A DNA stretch of 62,988 nucleotides, filler included, from Reclinomonas americana ATCC 50394 (GCA_048213135.1; 20 parts of 20 records of this genome joined end to end with filler, not necessarily neighbours in it), one strand, 5' to 3'. Positions 1-11,654 are shown, counted from the first letter of the whole stretch. Made by a program: numbers and translations. The notes: generated from the sequence alone by a model not told the origin.

Positions 1-111
1 GACCGAGGCCAAGGCCAAGGCCACGCTCGTTCGCGGGCGCTGCTGACGCAGGCCAAGCCGACGCACTGGCTCGAGCGCGGGCACCTGACGTTCGGCGTCG
101 ACGAGCCCGGC

Positions 112-375
112 ATGGGCCTGGCCGCGATCGGGACGATCAACGCCGACGACTGGATCCTCAAGGCTCCGTACATGGTCATCAAGACCGCCGCCGGCCACGC
201 CATCCCCGGCCCCGTCGAGATCGCATACCCCTTGTCCCTCGCGCACCTCTGCGACCGGGAGCCGCGCGTCAGCGAGATCAACCGCGACATCTTCTCGGCC
301 TGCGTGCGGTCGGGATTCTATCGGGAGCTCACGGGCGCCGAGGCGATCGAGCACAGCGACCTGATGCCGGCATGA
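112..375 (+). CDS. Hypothetical protein (start uncertain)
   Basis: High-GC3 codon usage; the stop overlaps the next ATG (ATGA at 372-375), as in an operon. Confidence 0.6.
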   Translation: MGLAAIGTINADDWILKAPYMVIKTAAGHAIPGPVEIAYPLSLAHLCDREPRVSEINRDIFSACVRSGFYRELTGAEAIEHSDLMPA

Positions 376-1175
376 GGTTGCTGGTCTTATCAGACCTCCA
401 CCTCGAGACGAGGCCGCGATGGTCGCTGCGCCGGCGATGGCCCGACTATGACGTCGCCATCGTCGCCGGCGACCTCGCCAGCTCGATCGCGCTGGGCGTC
501 GCCATCCTGGCGACGCACCCCGTCCTCGGCGGCAGGCCGGCCATCTACGTGCCCGGCAACCACGAATACTGGAACGACGAGATCGGCCAGGCCGAGGAAG
601 CCGGCCACTGGGCCGCCCTCGGAACGGACGTCCGCCTCCTGCAGGGATCGTCCGTCGTCATCAACGGCGTCCGGTTCGCAGGCGCCACGCTCTGGACCGA
701 CTACGCGCTCGACGGCGATCCGATCGGATCAGCGCGGATCGCATCAGAGACCATGAAGGACCACGACCTCATCGGCCTACGCCGGCCAAGCGGCGAGACG
801 GCGGCCTTCATGCCGGGAGACGCCATGGTGCTGCATCAGCGGCACCGGACCTTCATCGAAAAGACCCTGGCGAAGCCCTTCGACGGGCCGACGGTCGTCG
901 TCACCCACCACGCGCCCAGCGCGCGATCCGTCGCCGCGACCTACAAGGACGACGACGGAAATCCGGCCTACGCCTCCGACCTGGAGCCAACCCTCCTCTC
1001 GCGCCAACCCGACCTGTGGGTGCATGGGCACGTCCACAACTCGAACGACTACCGAATCGGCGCGACACGGGTCGTCTCGAACCCCAAGGGGTATGGGCCG
1101 TCGCGATCCCGCGACGGGCTGTTCCGAAAGAGCGAGAACCGGGCCTTCAACCCAGCCCTCGTCATCGAGATCTGA
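372..1175 (+). CDS. Calcineurin-like metallophosphoesterase
   Basis: All five motifs are present: SDLH, AGDL, GNHE, THHAP and HGHVH. Confidence 0.93.
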   Translation: MRLLVLSDLHLETRPRWSLRRRWPDYDVAIVAGDLASSIALGVAILATHPVLGGRPAIYVPGNHEYWNDEIGQAEEAGHWAALGTDVRLLQGSSVVINGVRFAGATLWTDYALDGDPIGSARIASETMKDHDLIGLRRPSGETAAFMPGDAMVLHQRHRTFIEKTLAKPFDGPTVVVTHHAPSARSVAATYKDDDGNPAYASDLEPTLLSRQPDLWVHGHVHNSNDYRIGATRVVSNPKGYGPSRSRDGLFRKSENRAFNPALVIEI

Positions 1176-1179
1176 GACC

Positions 1180-1290
1180 ATGACGAACCAACCTCGGAAG
1201 ATCCTCGTCATCGTCCATCCCGGCTCCTGCTGCGGGTCGGCCGACATGAACCTCGGCCGATACGAGGCCCGTGCCCTCAGGGACCAACCC
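1180..1290 (+). pseudogene. Probable 5' fragment of a truncated gene (MTNQPRKILVIVHPGSCCGSADMNLG...)
   Basis: ATG lies 4 nt after the upstream stop with the same high-GC3 codon style, which is lost abruptly near 1285. Confidence 0.4.
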
Positions 1291-1604
1291 CACGGAAACC
1301 GTGCTCTCCGACAAGCTCGCGCACCCGGCCTGCGAGCATCTGGGGCGCGCGATCAAGAACGCGCTAAGCCGCGCAAGATACGGCACGCTCAGCCATGAAG
1401 GCCTCGTATCGATCGGTGCAAACCACTACAGCGTGCCTGACGGGGTTGGGCCTCGTTCCGCTAGCGCTTGGCCGCCTTGGCAACTTGCTCGGCCGACTTC
1501 CTGCGGGCGCTCAACCTGCTTCTGGACGCCGGGACCAAGGCCCATATTGCCCTCTCTGCGCTCAATACCCTAGTTCTGTTCATGACTACGTTCCGCGGCT
1601 TCGC

Positions 1605-2540
1605 CTATTGCTGCCGAGCGCCTCGGACGGCGTCAGCCACATCATTGTGATTCTTCCGCCTAAGCCAGTCGACCAGCTTGGTGGGAACGCGAAGCCCCTC
1701 TCTTATCCGACCTGCGCGAAGCGTCGCAGATTGGATGACGAGTCGGCCCAAGGCGACGCGATGAGGCAGCGGCACGTGGACCGTTTCCCGATCCGAGCTC
1801 AGTACGTCAAGCACGATAAGGCGGGTGGCTTCGCGCATTGCTGATGAGATAGGGCGCATGTCGCGTATTTGCCCAGTGATGTCAGTCGCCCGGAAGGCAC
1901 AATCGATCGTGACCCAGCCCGTACTCCGCGCCCAATCTTGGTAAGGACAGAACTCAATCATTGCCCCGCTCGTCAAAGCGTTTAGCAGTCCATGATCGGC
2001 GCTGATCACCTCCTCAAGCAGAGTTTCGGCCTCCGATCGCGAAAGCCGGTCGCCGATTAAGCCAGCCCCCATGCGGTCTGCAAACCTAACGAAATATTGC
2101 AACCTCCAGCCTTGAGACGCTCGGGCACCCCGCTGAACCTGCGTCAGATCAGCATCATGGATTAGATACCTCTCCTCGTCACGCAAGTCCGAACTCCCGA
2201 TGATTGCCGTGACAATACGTCCATAAGTGCGCTCAGCATTGGCGATCGCCTGCGTTTGCGACGCGGCACGCTCCGTCAGACGGAACAGTGGTGCGCTGCG
2301 CATGTGAGACAGCGTCACAGCGAACATCTGTTCGCGCTTGGTATTGATGATAGAGCCAGAATTACCGATTGGGCTTCCTGCTGTCGCCGGTGTCTTCATG
2401 AATGAGCCTTCCCGGCTGAACCTGACCGGAAAGCAAAGACGGCCCCGGTTGTTGACCACAGACGGACCGAGACCCGCCAGCTGTGCGAGGGTCTCAACCT
2501 CATCGGGTCTAACAACGGCTTCCACGGGCCACAGACGCAA
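1605..2540 (-). CDS. Hypothetical protein in a lower-GC segment (true start may be ATG 2399)
   Basis: 311-codon ORF with globular-looking composition; no motif recognised. Confidence 0.5.
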   Translation of the reverse strand: MRLWPVEAVVRPDEVETLAQLAGLGPSVVNNRGRLCFPVRFSREGSFMKTPATAGSPIGNSGSIINTKREQMFAVTLSHMRSAPLFRLTERAASQTQAIANAERTYGRIVTAIIGSSDLRDEERYLIHDADLTQVQRGARASQGWRLQYFVRFADRMGAGLIGDRLSRSEAETLLEEVISADHGLLNALTSGAMIEFCPYQDWARSTGWVTIDCAFRATDITGQIRDMRPISSAMREATRLIVLDVLSSDRETVHVPLPHRVALGRLVIQSATLRAGRIREGLRVPTKLVDWLRRKNHNDVADAVRGARQQ

Positions 2541-2930
2541 AGCGTCAGCTTAGACCAGAAAAACATGCCTGATTCGGATTGCCGTCGCAACACGTCGCAA
2601 GCCGCTGCTGCGCGTTCCGCTTGAGATTTCTCTTGTGAGGCGCTGCATCGGAAGATCTCGGGGCTGTTTTCCCTTACTTTAGGAGGCTTCCATGACCGAT
2701 GCCGTAACGGTCACTGCTGTTCGCCGCGTATGTTCGATGACATGGCCATTTGCTGCTGTTCCGACAGTATTGTCGATCGAAGCGAACCTCGAACGCCAGC
2801 AGCACCTCCGTCACCGAAGAAAACACCAGAATTGCCAGCCTCTCGCCTAGGCAAAATTCGTCACAACCGGCGTTGAGGGCGAGTCCAATGCGGACGGACG
2901 GCTCCGCCGGGCTGCGCTCGGGGTCGAACC

Positions 2931-3479
2931 GTGCCCGGTTGCGACCGGAGCCATTCTCGGGTCAGATCGTGGAGATGCTGTGCAGGAGACCGCACCATTC
3001 GTGCTGAAGGCGATCCCCTCGAGGCTGAGCGAGCGTTGCAGCTCCGCTATCACTATGTCGAGTTTCTGACGGCGCATCTGGCGGATTGCTGCCGCGTCTT
3101 TGGTGGCGACCTTCAGGAGATGCTGGTGTTGGCCGTCATGGGCCAGGTTCATCTGCGGGCCGGTCTCGACGTCGGCCCCGACGGCCTGGTCAAGCCGCGC
3201 TCGATCCCCGGCCCCATCGGGATCACGGCGTCGCGGATCGCCGATGTCACCGGGATTCCCAGGCAAACCGTCCGCCGCAAGCTTGCCAAGCTGGAGAGCC
3301 GCGGCTGGATCGTCCCGAAACCGTCGGGCCTCTGGGTGATCGCCCTTCGCGATGGCGTGGCAGTGGCGCGTCAGGGCGACAATGGGCTGGATGCGCTCGA
3401 TGCCAGATCGATGGACCGCGTTCTGCGCATGGCCCGACAACTCTCAAAGATCGTAACGGGAACAGAGCGCCCGCTTTGA
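2931..3479 (+). CDS. Winged helix-turn-helix DNA-binding protein (start uncertain)
   Basis: ITASRIADVTGIPRQTVRRKLAKLESRGWI is a typical HTH plus wing. Confidence 0.75.
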   Translation: MPGCDRSHSRVRSWRCCAGDRTIRAEGDPLEAERALQLRYHYVEFLTAHLADCCRVFGGDLQEMLVLAVMGQVHLRAGLDVGPDGLVKPRSIPGPIGITASRIADVTGIPRQTVRRKLAKLESRGWIVPKPSGLWVIALRDGVAVARQGDNGLDALDARSMDRVLRMARQLSKIVTGTERPL

Positions 3480-3537
3480 GCAGGTAGGCCCTTGCCGCCC
3501 GCCCGCCGCATCGCGACGGTGGCGTCGGGAGGACCCC

Positions 3538-4188
3538 ATGTACGATCCATCGCTGTTTCGTCTCGACGGGGACGTCGCACTCGTCACCGGCGCCGGTGCA
3601 GGCATAGGCCGCGCGATCGCGCAGACCTTTGCCGCGGCCGGCGCGGCCGTCGTGGTCACCGACAGGACGCAGGTCGAGGCGCAGAAGGTCGCCGCCGACA
3701 TCGCAAGCTCGGGCGGCCGCTCCCTCGCCTTGGCCTGTGACGTCACCCAGCCCGACCAGCTCGAGGCTGCGGTGGCCGGTGCCATCGGTGCCTTCGGGCG
3801 CCTGACCATCCTCGTCAACAACGCCGGCGGCGGGGGACCCAAGCCCTTCGACATGCCTATCGCCGATTTCCGCTGGGCCTATGACCTCAATGTCTTCTCG
3901 CTGTTCCGGCTGACGCAGCTGGCGGCCCCTCACATGGCTGAAGCAGGCGGCGGCGCCGTTCTCAACATCTCCTCGATGGCCGGCGAGAACCGCAACCAGC
4001 GCATGGCTTCCTACGGATCGTCGAAAGCGGCGGTCAATCACCTGACCCGCAACATCGCCTTCGATCTCGGGCCCCGCGGTATCCGCGTCAACGCCATCGC
4101 GCCCGGCGCGATCCGCACGGACGCGCTGGCCTCGGTGCTGACGCCGGAGGTCGAGACGGCGATGCTGCGGCACACGCCGCTGGGTCGT
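3538..4188 (+). CDS. hdhA: 7-alpha-hydroxysteroid dehydrogenase-like SDR, 3' truncated by contig end
   Basis: TGAGAGIG, NNAGGGGPKPFDMP, YGSSK and NIAFDLG..IRVNAIAPGAI.TDAL match HdhA as recalled; GGAGG RBS upstream. Confidence 0.85.
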
Positions 4189-4288
4189 NNNNNNNNNNNN
4201 NNNNNNNNNNNNNNNNNNNNNNNNNNNNNNNNTTAATTAATTAANNNNNNNNNNNNNNNNNNNNNNNNNNNNNNNNNNNNNNNNNNNN
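4189..4288. other. Artificial contig-join spacer (N44-TTAATTAATTAA-N44), first of 19
   Basis: Identical 100-nt spacers with stops in all six frames start at 4189, 7699, 9005, 11473, 13678, 20465, 22937, 24109, 26384, 29143, 30449, 35371, 38377, 40500, 44195, 46071, 53887, 57666 and 59651. Confidence 0.98.
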
Positions 4289-5417
4289 GGACCTCGCCGC
4301 TGTGCCCGCCATAGGCGTATTTGAAGGCGTTGGTGACCCATTCCGTGATGATAATGCCGAGGCTGATGCTGGCGCTGGTGGAAACCCGCACCGGCTCGAT
4401 CTCATGGCTGATCGACGCGCCAAAACCGCCGGATGCCAGCGTCTGCTCAAGCTGCGCCAGGAGCGCGGTCATATAGCTGTCCAGTGCGACCGAAGTGACG
4501 TCCCCGGAGGTGTAGAGATGCTTGTGGATCTCCGCCACGGCCTGGATGCGCGCGCCGGTCTCGTCGAGCGCGTCCTTGGCCGCCTTGTCGGGAAGCGCCT
4601 GGCGCTGCAGGCGGATCAGCGCCCCGATGAAGGAGAGGTTGTTGGCGACGCGGTGGTTGACCTCGGTCAGCAGCACCTCGGCCCGGTCGCGTGCGCGGAC
4701 CAGATCCTCCGTCCGCTCGGCGACCCTCGCTTCCAGGCTGGCATTAGCAAGGGCGAGCTCGTCGCGGGCCTGCACGATCTCGCGGGTATATCGTGCGAAT
4801 GTCACGACAACGCCGATAACCACCCCGATGATCAGCAGGCTCGCCAGGATCGTACCGACCCGCAGCGCCAGGATATTGGTCGTCTGCGTCCGCAGCCGGC
4901 CGGTCAGTGCGTCCTCGGCCTCGATCACGATCGCCGAGAGAAACACCTCCACCTCGTCCATCAGGGCCTTGCCCTGATTGGTGGCGACGATGGCCAACGC
5001 ATCGCCGAGGCCGTCGGTGGTCCGCGCCCGCATCGTCTCGTCGAGATCCGCGATCCTCTGGTCGACCAGGGCCTTGAGGCGCGGCATCATCGCCTGAAAG
5101 CGTGCGCTGCCCGCAAGGTCCGCAGCGAGCTTGCCGATCTGCTCCTGCGCCACGAGCTTGGCGTTCTCATAGGGCGCGAGATAGATCTCGTTGCTGGTCA
5201 GCACATAGCCCCTCAGGCTCGATTCCGCCGAGAGCAGGGCCTCCCTGACGCCAACGGAGCGATCGCGCACCAAGCGCTGCTCGTCAATGATCGAGGCATC
5301 GGTTTGGGCGCGCTGGCTCAGCCAGACGGTCGCACCAACCAGACCCATCAGCGCCGCTGCCGCGGTCAGCAGGAAGGCAATGGTGGAGGTTACGAGAAAT
5401 CGCCGGGAGATCGGCAT
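4289..5417 (-). CDS. CHASE3-domain sensor histidine kinase (HisKA_2/HWE type), 3' truncated
   Basis: Two TM segments flank the CHASE3 motif AESSLRGYVLT..YLAPY; H-box EVNHRVANNL; N-box EWVTNAFKYA. Confidence 0.9.
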
Positions 5418-5660
5418 TCTGTTGCGCCCTCGACATTTGCGCGCAATTCCGAATGGCGACACGCGGGACGTACGGCCCCACGATCAACAGCGCGTAGAGA
5501 ATGTAGCGGTACGCCGCAACTAAGGCCAGTTGACTGTTGCTAGACATCCCGCAGCGCTGTGACCTCGCGTTAGAGCCGCGCCAGCAACTCGCGCAGCCGA
5601 GATGCGCCAAGGCGACAAGCGCCAATCGCTGACATTGGATGGATAGCCGGAAGCTGACTT

Positions 5661-6736
5661 TCAAACTGGGGAATTATCGACCTGCGTGACCGCACAGGCT
5701 CGTTGTTCGAGCCGTCTCAGAACGCATACGGCGATGGCGCCTGAGCCTTGGTCAGGGATGGCGAAAACCGAGCTGACGTTGATCTCGCACAGCACGTACG
5801 TGTCAGCGCCGCCTTCGTCGACCGGCCGTAGAGGAAATCGGCGTCCCAAATCACGGGCATGTCGCTCCTGGCGATATCGAGCAGCTCCATCAGCTCGGGT
5901 ATCCAGGCCGCCTCCATCCGCTCCCTGAGGGGTTCGAACCGCGGTTCGTCGGCGGGGAACATGACCTTGCCGAGCGCCGCGTCCGGATGCATGTCGGCGG
6001 GGTCCATCAGCCCTTGCGGATGCTGGTGCCCGAAGCCGACGACCCGGTCCTCGCTGACGTAGCACCGGATCATGCCGTCCCGGAGCCGGGGCTGGAAGGG
6101 TTGGTCGACGATGGCTTCGCCGCCGTCGAAATAGCCTCGGCAGGATTCGAGGAACCGGTCGAGCGGCATCGTCCTGGGCTCGCTCGGGGCGTGGGCCTCG
6201 CGGACGCACACCTCGTCGGCGCCCGCTGCCGAGGCCACCCTTTCGACCTTCCAGACGCCCTGGCCGTCGTTGCCGCGGCTGCGCTTGAGGACGCGCGTCC
6301 GACCATGCTCAAGCCGCTCCGGAAACCGCAGCCGGAAATCGTCATATGACGCGTAGAGCTCCGCGCCTACGGACCATCCCATCCCGCGCGTGTGGAAGAG
6401 GACTTCCTTGACGCCCAGCTTGGCGATGACGTCCGGATGTGCGCTGACCCAGCGGGACCCGGTCGCGACCTCGCGAAGTAGTTCGTTCAGCCAGAGGCGG
6501 TCGCGCCCGTCTTGGAGCGGGTTGACCCAGACGAGCACGCCGTCAACGTGGAGGAGTTGCGCGCGAACCTCGTCGTGCGTCTCCTCGTCGTACACAGCCG
6601 GTTCGGCGGCGATGCCGAGCGCCGCGAGTTCCTCGAAGATCCGGTGGAAGCGCGAGTTCTGCGGGGTCGCCCGTTCGCGCGCCTCGCGGTCGCCGCGCCA
6701 GAGGATGGCGACCCTTCCCGATGACTGTAGGGACAT
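5661..6736 (-). pseudogene. Cj0069-family ATP-grasp-like protein with one frameshift near 5826 (real or sequencing error)
   Basis: VLVWVNP, HPDVIAKLGVKEVL, RVLKRSRGNDGQGVWKV and WDADFLYG read in one frame; DTYVLCEINVSSV continues in the adjacent frame (ORF 5661..6209). Confidence 0.75.
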
Positions 6737-6753
6737 GTCGCAGCCTTTCTGGG

Positions 6754-7134
6754 CTAAGGCACCAACCGCGACAGGCTTCCCTCGAAGGGGCTGCCCAGCG
6801 CGACGGGTTGAAGACGGAGCGTCGTGCTCGAAGTCCAGACCTCGAAGCATTCCTCGCCCCGCGCCGATCGCCAGCACAGGGCGTCGTCCTTCGTCTGCCA
6901 GCGAAGGCCCTGCCGGCGGCTCATGGCATATTCCGTGAGCGCGCCACCCGGTTGGAAGCTGTAGCGCCAATGGACGCCGTCGCTGAACTCCCTGCCGGAG
7001 ATCAGCCGCTGGATCGCGCCGCCGCGGATGCGCTTGAACCCATCTGTTGCCGAACCCTTCTCGGCGCTGACGGGTAACGCCATGCCCATGGCGCAGAGCG
7101 CAAGGAAGGCCGCTGCCAGTTTCCGCTCGCGCAT
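6754..7134 (-). CDS. Hypothetical exported protein
   Basis: Signal-peptide-like N terminus (MRERKLAAAFLALCAMGMALPVSA); tightly packed between chrA and the Cj0069-like gene. Confidence 0.7.
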   Translation of the reverse strand: MRERKLAAAFLALCAMGMALPVSAEKGSATDGFKRIRGGAIQRLISGREFSDGVHWRYSFQPGGALTEYAMSRRQGLRWQTKDDALCWRSARGEECFEVWTSSTTLRLQPVALGSPFEGSLSRLVP

Positions 7135-7135
7135 G

Positions 7136-7698
7136 TCACGCTCCGATCACGTGGATGATCAGGACGCCGGCAAGGGCCGAGGCCGCGAGCGTCGGGATCA
7201 TGCCGACCTTGAAACGCAGCATCGCGATCATGGCGGCAGCCGATAGCACGGCGGCGCGCCAGTCGAGCGAGGACAGGACCGGTAGGTCGGGAGCCAAGCC
7301 GAGGAACTCGACCGAGCGGACCTGCCGGAAGACGACGTGGAGCGCGAACCAGAGCGCCAGGTTCATCACGACGCCAACGACCGCCGCGGTGATCGCCGTC
7401 AGCGCGGCCGAGAGGGCCCTGTTGCCGCGCAGCGCCTCGACGTAAGGCGCTCCAAGGAATATCCAGAAGAGGCACGGTGCGAATGTGACCCAGAGCGTCA
7501 GTAGCGCGCCGAGGCCCCCCGCCAGCAGCGGATCGAGACCGCCTGGCGCGCGGTAGGCGGCGAGGAAGCCGACGAACTGGAGGACGAGGATCAGCGGTCC
7601 CGGCGTGGTCTCGGCCAGGCCGAGCCCGTCCACCATCTCGCCCGCCTGAAGCCACCCGAAAGTCTCGACCGCGGCCTGCGCGACATAGGCCAGAACCG
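7136..7698 (-). CDS. chrA: Chromate efflux transporter, C-terminal part (5' truncated)
   Basis: [15 protein letters not shown]...[17 protein letters not shown] and [13 protein letters not shown] are CHR-family signatures. Confidence 0.92.
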
Positions 7699-7798
7699 NN
7701 NNNNNNNNNNNNNNNNNNNNNNNNNNNNNNNNNNNNNNNNNNTTAATTAATTAANNNNNNNNNNNNNNNNNNNNNNNNNNNNNNNNNNNNNNNNNNNN

Positions 7799-8215
7799 TA
7801 AAAGTCACTGATTAGAAAAGTAATGCCCTTTGATTTAGCATGGTCCCCCATCATTTGTCTCAGAATGTGTTGAAATAGGGGGGTGGTCCGTCATATTGAG
7901 CGAGAAAAGTGCGCTCAGCAGAGAGAGTTTCATGAATAGCGCCTCCCACTCTCATCGGAATGTAAAAGTCACTTATTAGAAAAGTCATCTCACTCAATTT
8001 AGCACGGTCACCCATCCTTTGCCTTCTCAGAATGTGTTGAAATAGGGGAGTGGTCCGGCATGTTGAGCGAGAAAAGTGCGCTCAGCAGAGAGAGTTTCAT
8101 GAATAGCGCCTCCCACTCTCATCAGAATGTAAAAGTCACTGATTAGAAAAGTAATGCCCTTTGATTTGCCACGGTGATCCATCATTTGTTTTGTAGGATG
8201 ATTCAAAGAGAGGCG
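7799..8215. repeat. ~165-bp satellite-like tandem repeat (about 2.5 units), with a diverged copy at ~8820-9004
   Basis: TAAAAGTCAC(TG/TT)ATTAGAAAAGT recurs at 7799, 7961 and 8130. Confidence 0.8.
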
Positions 8216-8369
8216 GTCATTTATTTTCTCTCTCTTCATTTTTTCTCTCACTCACTCTCTCACAAATGGAGAATGATTCGTCTCTTCTCTTCTCTTCTCT
8301 GGTTCCTGACTCGATTCTTCTTTTTCTTTTCTTTCATCTCTCACAGGCTTTCTTTGAGAGAGAAACTTT

Positions 8370-8605
8370 CTTCTCATTCTTGATGAGTGAGAGAGAGACT
8401 GATTGTCTTTCTTCTCTTTCTTGATGAGGAGAGAGAGTGACTGATTTCTATTCTTCTCTTTCTTGATGAGAAGAGAGAGAGACTGATTGTCTTTCTTCTC
8501 TTTCTTGATGAGTGAGAGAGAGACTGGTTTTCTTTCTTCTCTTTCTTGATGAGAGAGTGAGAGAGAGGCTGATTTTCTTTCTTCTCTTTCTTGATGAAAG
8601 AGAAA
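8370..8605. repeat. ~40-bp minisatellite (TTCTTGATGAGnGAGAGAGAGACTGATT..TTTCTTCTCT)
   Basis: About 6 visible units. Confidence 0.8.
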
Positions 8606-10584
8606 TTTTAAAAGGAAGTCTCTCTCTTTCAAAGAGAAGAGAGTCGCCTCCGGCTCCTCTCTTCTCAATTGAAAAGAAAGACAAAGAAAGTCCCTTCTCC
8701 TTCAGCGGCTCCTCTCTTCTCAATTCAAATGAAAAAGGAAAAAGAAAAAGGATGTTGCTTCGCTCCTTCCTTTCCCTTCAAAACAATGATTGAAAAATAG
8801 GGCGTCCATTGGCTCGTTTTGTGTGTGTAAAGTGCGCTCACTGGGCAGTGTTTTATGAATAGAGCCCTTTCCTTTCATCAGAATACCCCAATCCCCGATC
8901 AGAAAAGTAATGTCACTTGATTTCTGAAGGTAATCTATTATTTGTTTTGAAAGATGATGCGGAATGAGGGGTTCATGTGGCTTTTGAAGGGAGACAAGTG
9001 CGCCNNNNNNNNNNNNNNNNNNNNNNNNNNNNNNNNNNNNNNNNNNNNTTAATTAATTAANNNNNNNNNNNNNNNNNNNNNNNNNNNNNNNNNNNNNNNN
9101 NNNNGAGAGCACGGCTGTGTGTCTGTGTGCATGTATTCGCCAGTGCTCCGCGTGATCGCACCATTCTTCCGATACGAATCACGCTCCCTTCCCCTCCCTT
9201 CCTCCCTTTTCCTCTCTTTGCTCTCTTCGCCTCCCTAGCTTCCCTCGTTGAATGTCTTCGTGCATGGATTCGCCAGTGCACCGCGTGTTCATGCAGTTAT
9301 TCCGCCGCCCCGCCTGCATGGCACACTTTCTCGCTCTCTCTTTGCGTCTCTTCTCCCGCGCTGCCTTCCTTTCTCTCCCTCTATTCCTTCTCCTTGTACC
9401 TCTTCACCGTATGTGTGCGTGTGTGGCGGTGATTATCGGCCGTTTGCTGATCACGCTCCTTCCTTTCTCGACTTCATCTCTCTCACGCGCGCCACCTTTT
9501 TTTCTCTCTTTCTTCCTGTCTCCCTTGCTCGAGCTCTCCTACCGCGCGCCTCTCTCCTTTCCTCCATCGTTGCACATCACCGCCATTTATATTCTCCTGC
9601 CTTCTTTCTCTGTCTATCGTTTCGGCTTTCTTCCTCTTCTTCGCGCGCTTCTTTCCCTCTTTATCCCTTCCTTCTTCGCCTCTTTCTCTTCTTCTTCCTC
9701 TTCCCACTCCCGCTCTCTTTTTTCTTCACCGCTCTTTTTCCTCTGCATCCCTTCCTTCTTCGCCTCTTCTTCTTCCCCACTCCTTTCCTTCTTCACCCCT
9801 TCCTCATTCCTCTCCCCATTTTTACGCATCCTTTCCTTCTTCGCCTCTTTCCCGCTTGAGCTCCTTTCCTTCTTCATCCCCGCTTGATTCCTTCTCCATC
9901 CTTTCTTTATTCACTCTTCCTTCCTTCCCTCATTCGTCATCCCTACTCTCTTTCTCTACTCTCTTCTCTCTCCACCCACTTCGTTCTCACGGCCGTGCTG
10001 TCCGCCGCTTGTCCCGTTTTCTATTCTTCCGATGCATATGCGCAACGAGTGAATGTCTTCGTGTGTGTGTGGTTGCGTTTGTTGCCATTTTGAGCCGTTG
10101 GCTTGCAGAACACAGAAGGAAGATCAATCTTCGTGTACTTGACGCAAGAAGCGGTGTCGGTGTGGGGAGAGGGAGAGAGAGAAGACTGGTCGTTAAAGAG
10201 ATGAAGAAAAGAGAAACCTCCACACCGCAGCAGCCCATCGTCTTGTTTCTCTCTTTTTTTCTCTTCTCACGCTGCGTGCTCTCACTCATCAGCATTGTTT
10301 CCTGCTCGCACAGACGCTCTCGTTGATGATGCAAGAGACACTCATGGAGCGCGACTCACACCTCCACCTCCTCCATCTGGACGAATATTGATCCCAATTC
10401 GCCTCCACCAAATTGCTGGTGTGCCATTTCATCGTCTTCTCCTTGAGGAGGAGGGGGAGGAGGCGAAGGAGAAAAGAAGATGACCTGCTGGATGTGACGA
10501 CATAGGCATCTTTTGGAGGTACGTGCGTATGAGCGCCTTGGCCATGGGGTGTGGATGGGAAACCAACCGCGTGTGCCTCACTCA

Positions 10585-11472
10585 CTCATTCATTCATTGT
10601 GTCTGTTCAGCAGTACGATCCGCGATCCCGCTCAAATGGAGAGTTGTCTCTCTCCCTGTCGCACCATCGCCGGTGCATGCATCGCAAGGCTCGGACGTCT
10701 CTGTGAGTTGTCCGTGTTGCATTGTTCCTTCTTTCCCTCGCTCTCCTTTCTCAATCATTCATTCATTGTGTCTGTTCAGCAGCACGATCGGTGATCCTGC
10801 TCAAACGGAGAGTTGTCTCTCTCCTTGTCTGCACCATGGTCGGTGCATGCATCGCAAGGTTCGAATTCGGTCGTCTCTGTGAGTTGTCCCCGTTGCATTG
10901 TTCCTTCTTCCCCCTCCTTCGCTCTCCTCGCTAACTCACTCACTCATTCATTGTGTCTGTTCAGCAGCACGATCCGTGATCCCCCGCTCAAATGGAGAGT
11001 TGTCTCTCTCCCTGTCTCCACCATCGCCGGTGCATGCATCGCGAGGCTCGCAAGTCTCTGTGAGTTGTCCCTGTTGCATTGTTCCTTCTTCCCCTCTCTC
11101 GCTCTCCTTTCTCAATCATTCATTTATTGTGTCTGTTCACCAGCTCGATCCGTGATCCTGCTCAAATGGAGAGCTGTCTCTCTCTCTGCATGTCTCCACC
11201 ATCGCCGGTGCATGTATCGCGAGGTTCGGACGTCTCTGTGTGTTGTTCCTGTTGCATTGTTCCTTCCCCCCTCCCTCGCTCTCCTCGCTCACTCATTCAT
11301 TCATTGTGTCTGTTCAGCAGCTCGATCCATGATCCCCCGCTCAAATGGAGAGTTGTCTCTCTCCCTGTCTCCATCATCGCCGGTGCATGCGTCGCAAGGT
11401 TCGGACGTCTCTGTGAGTTGTCCCTGTTGCATTCCTTCTTCCCCCTCCGTCGCTCTCCGTTTCTCACCATCG
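10585..11472. repeat. ~175-bp tandem repeat, 5 units
   Basis: CATTCATTGTGTCTGTTCAGCAGCACGATCCGTGATCC..CTCAAATGGAGAGTTGTCTCTC recurs at about 10591, 10760, 10945, 11121 and 11298. Confidence 0.9.
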
Positions 11473-11654
11473 NNNNNNNNNNNNNNNNNNNNNNNNNNNN
11501 NNNNNNNNNNNNNNNNTTAATTAATTAANNNNNNNNNNNNNNNNNNNNNNNNNNNNNNNNNNNNNNNNNNNNTTCCCTTCTCATCCTTGGCTCTGGTCAG
11601 AGTGACAGATGGATGTGCATATGTGCGTTCATACAATCGCCTCTCTCTCTCTCC

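Noticed and set aside
4233..4244. Regularly recurring TTAATTAATTAA palindrome
   Set aside because: Always centred in N-runs; an artificial linker, not a biological repeat.
4189..7798. Bacterium-to-eukaryote gene transfer implied by adjacent bacterial and eukaryotic genes (also at 59651)
   Set aside because: Adjacency exists only across artificial spacers.
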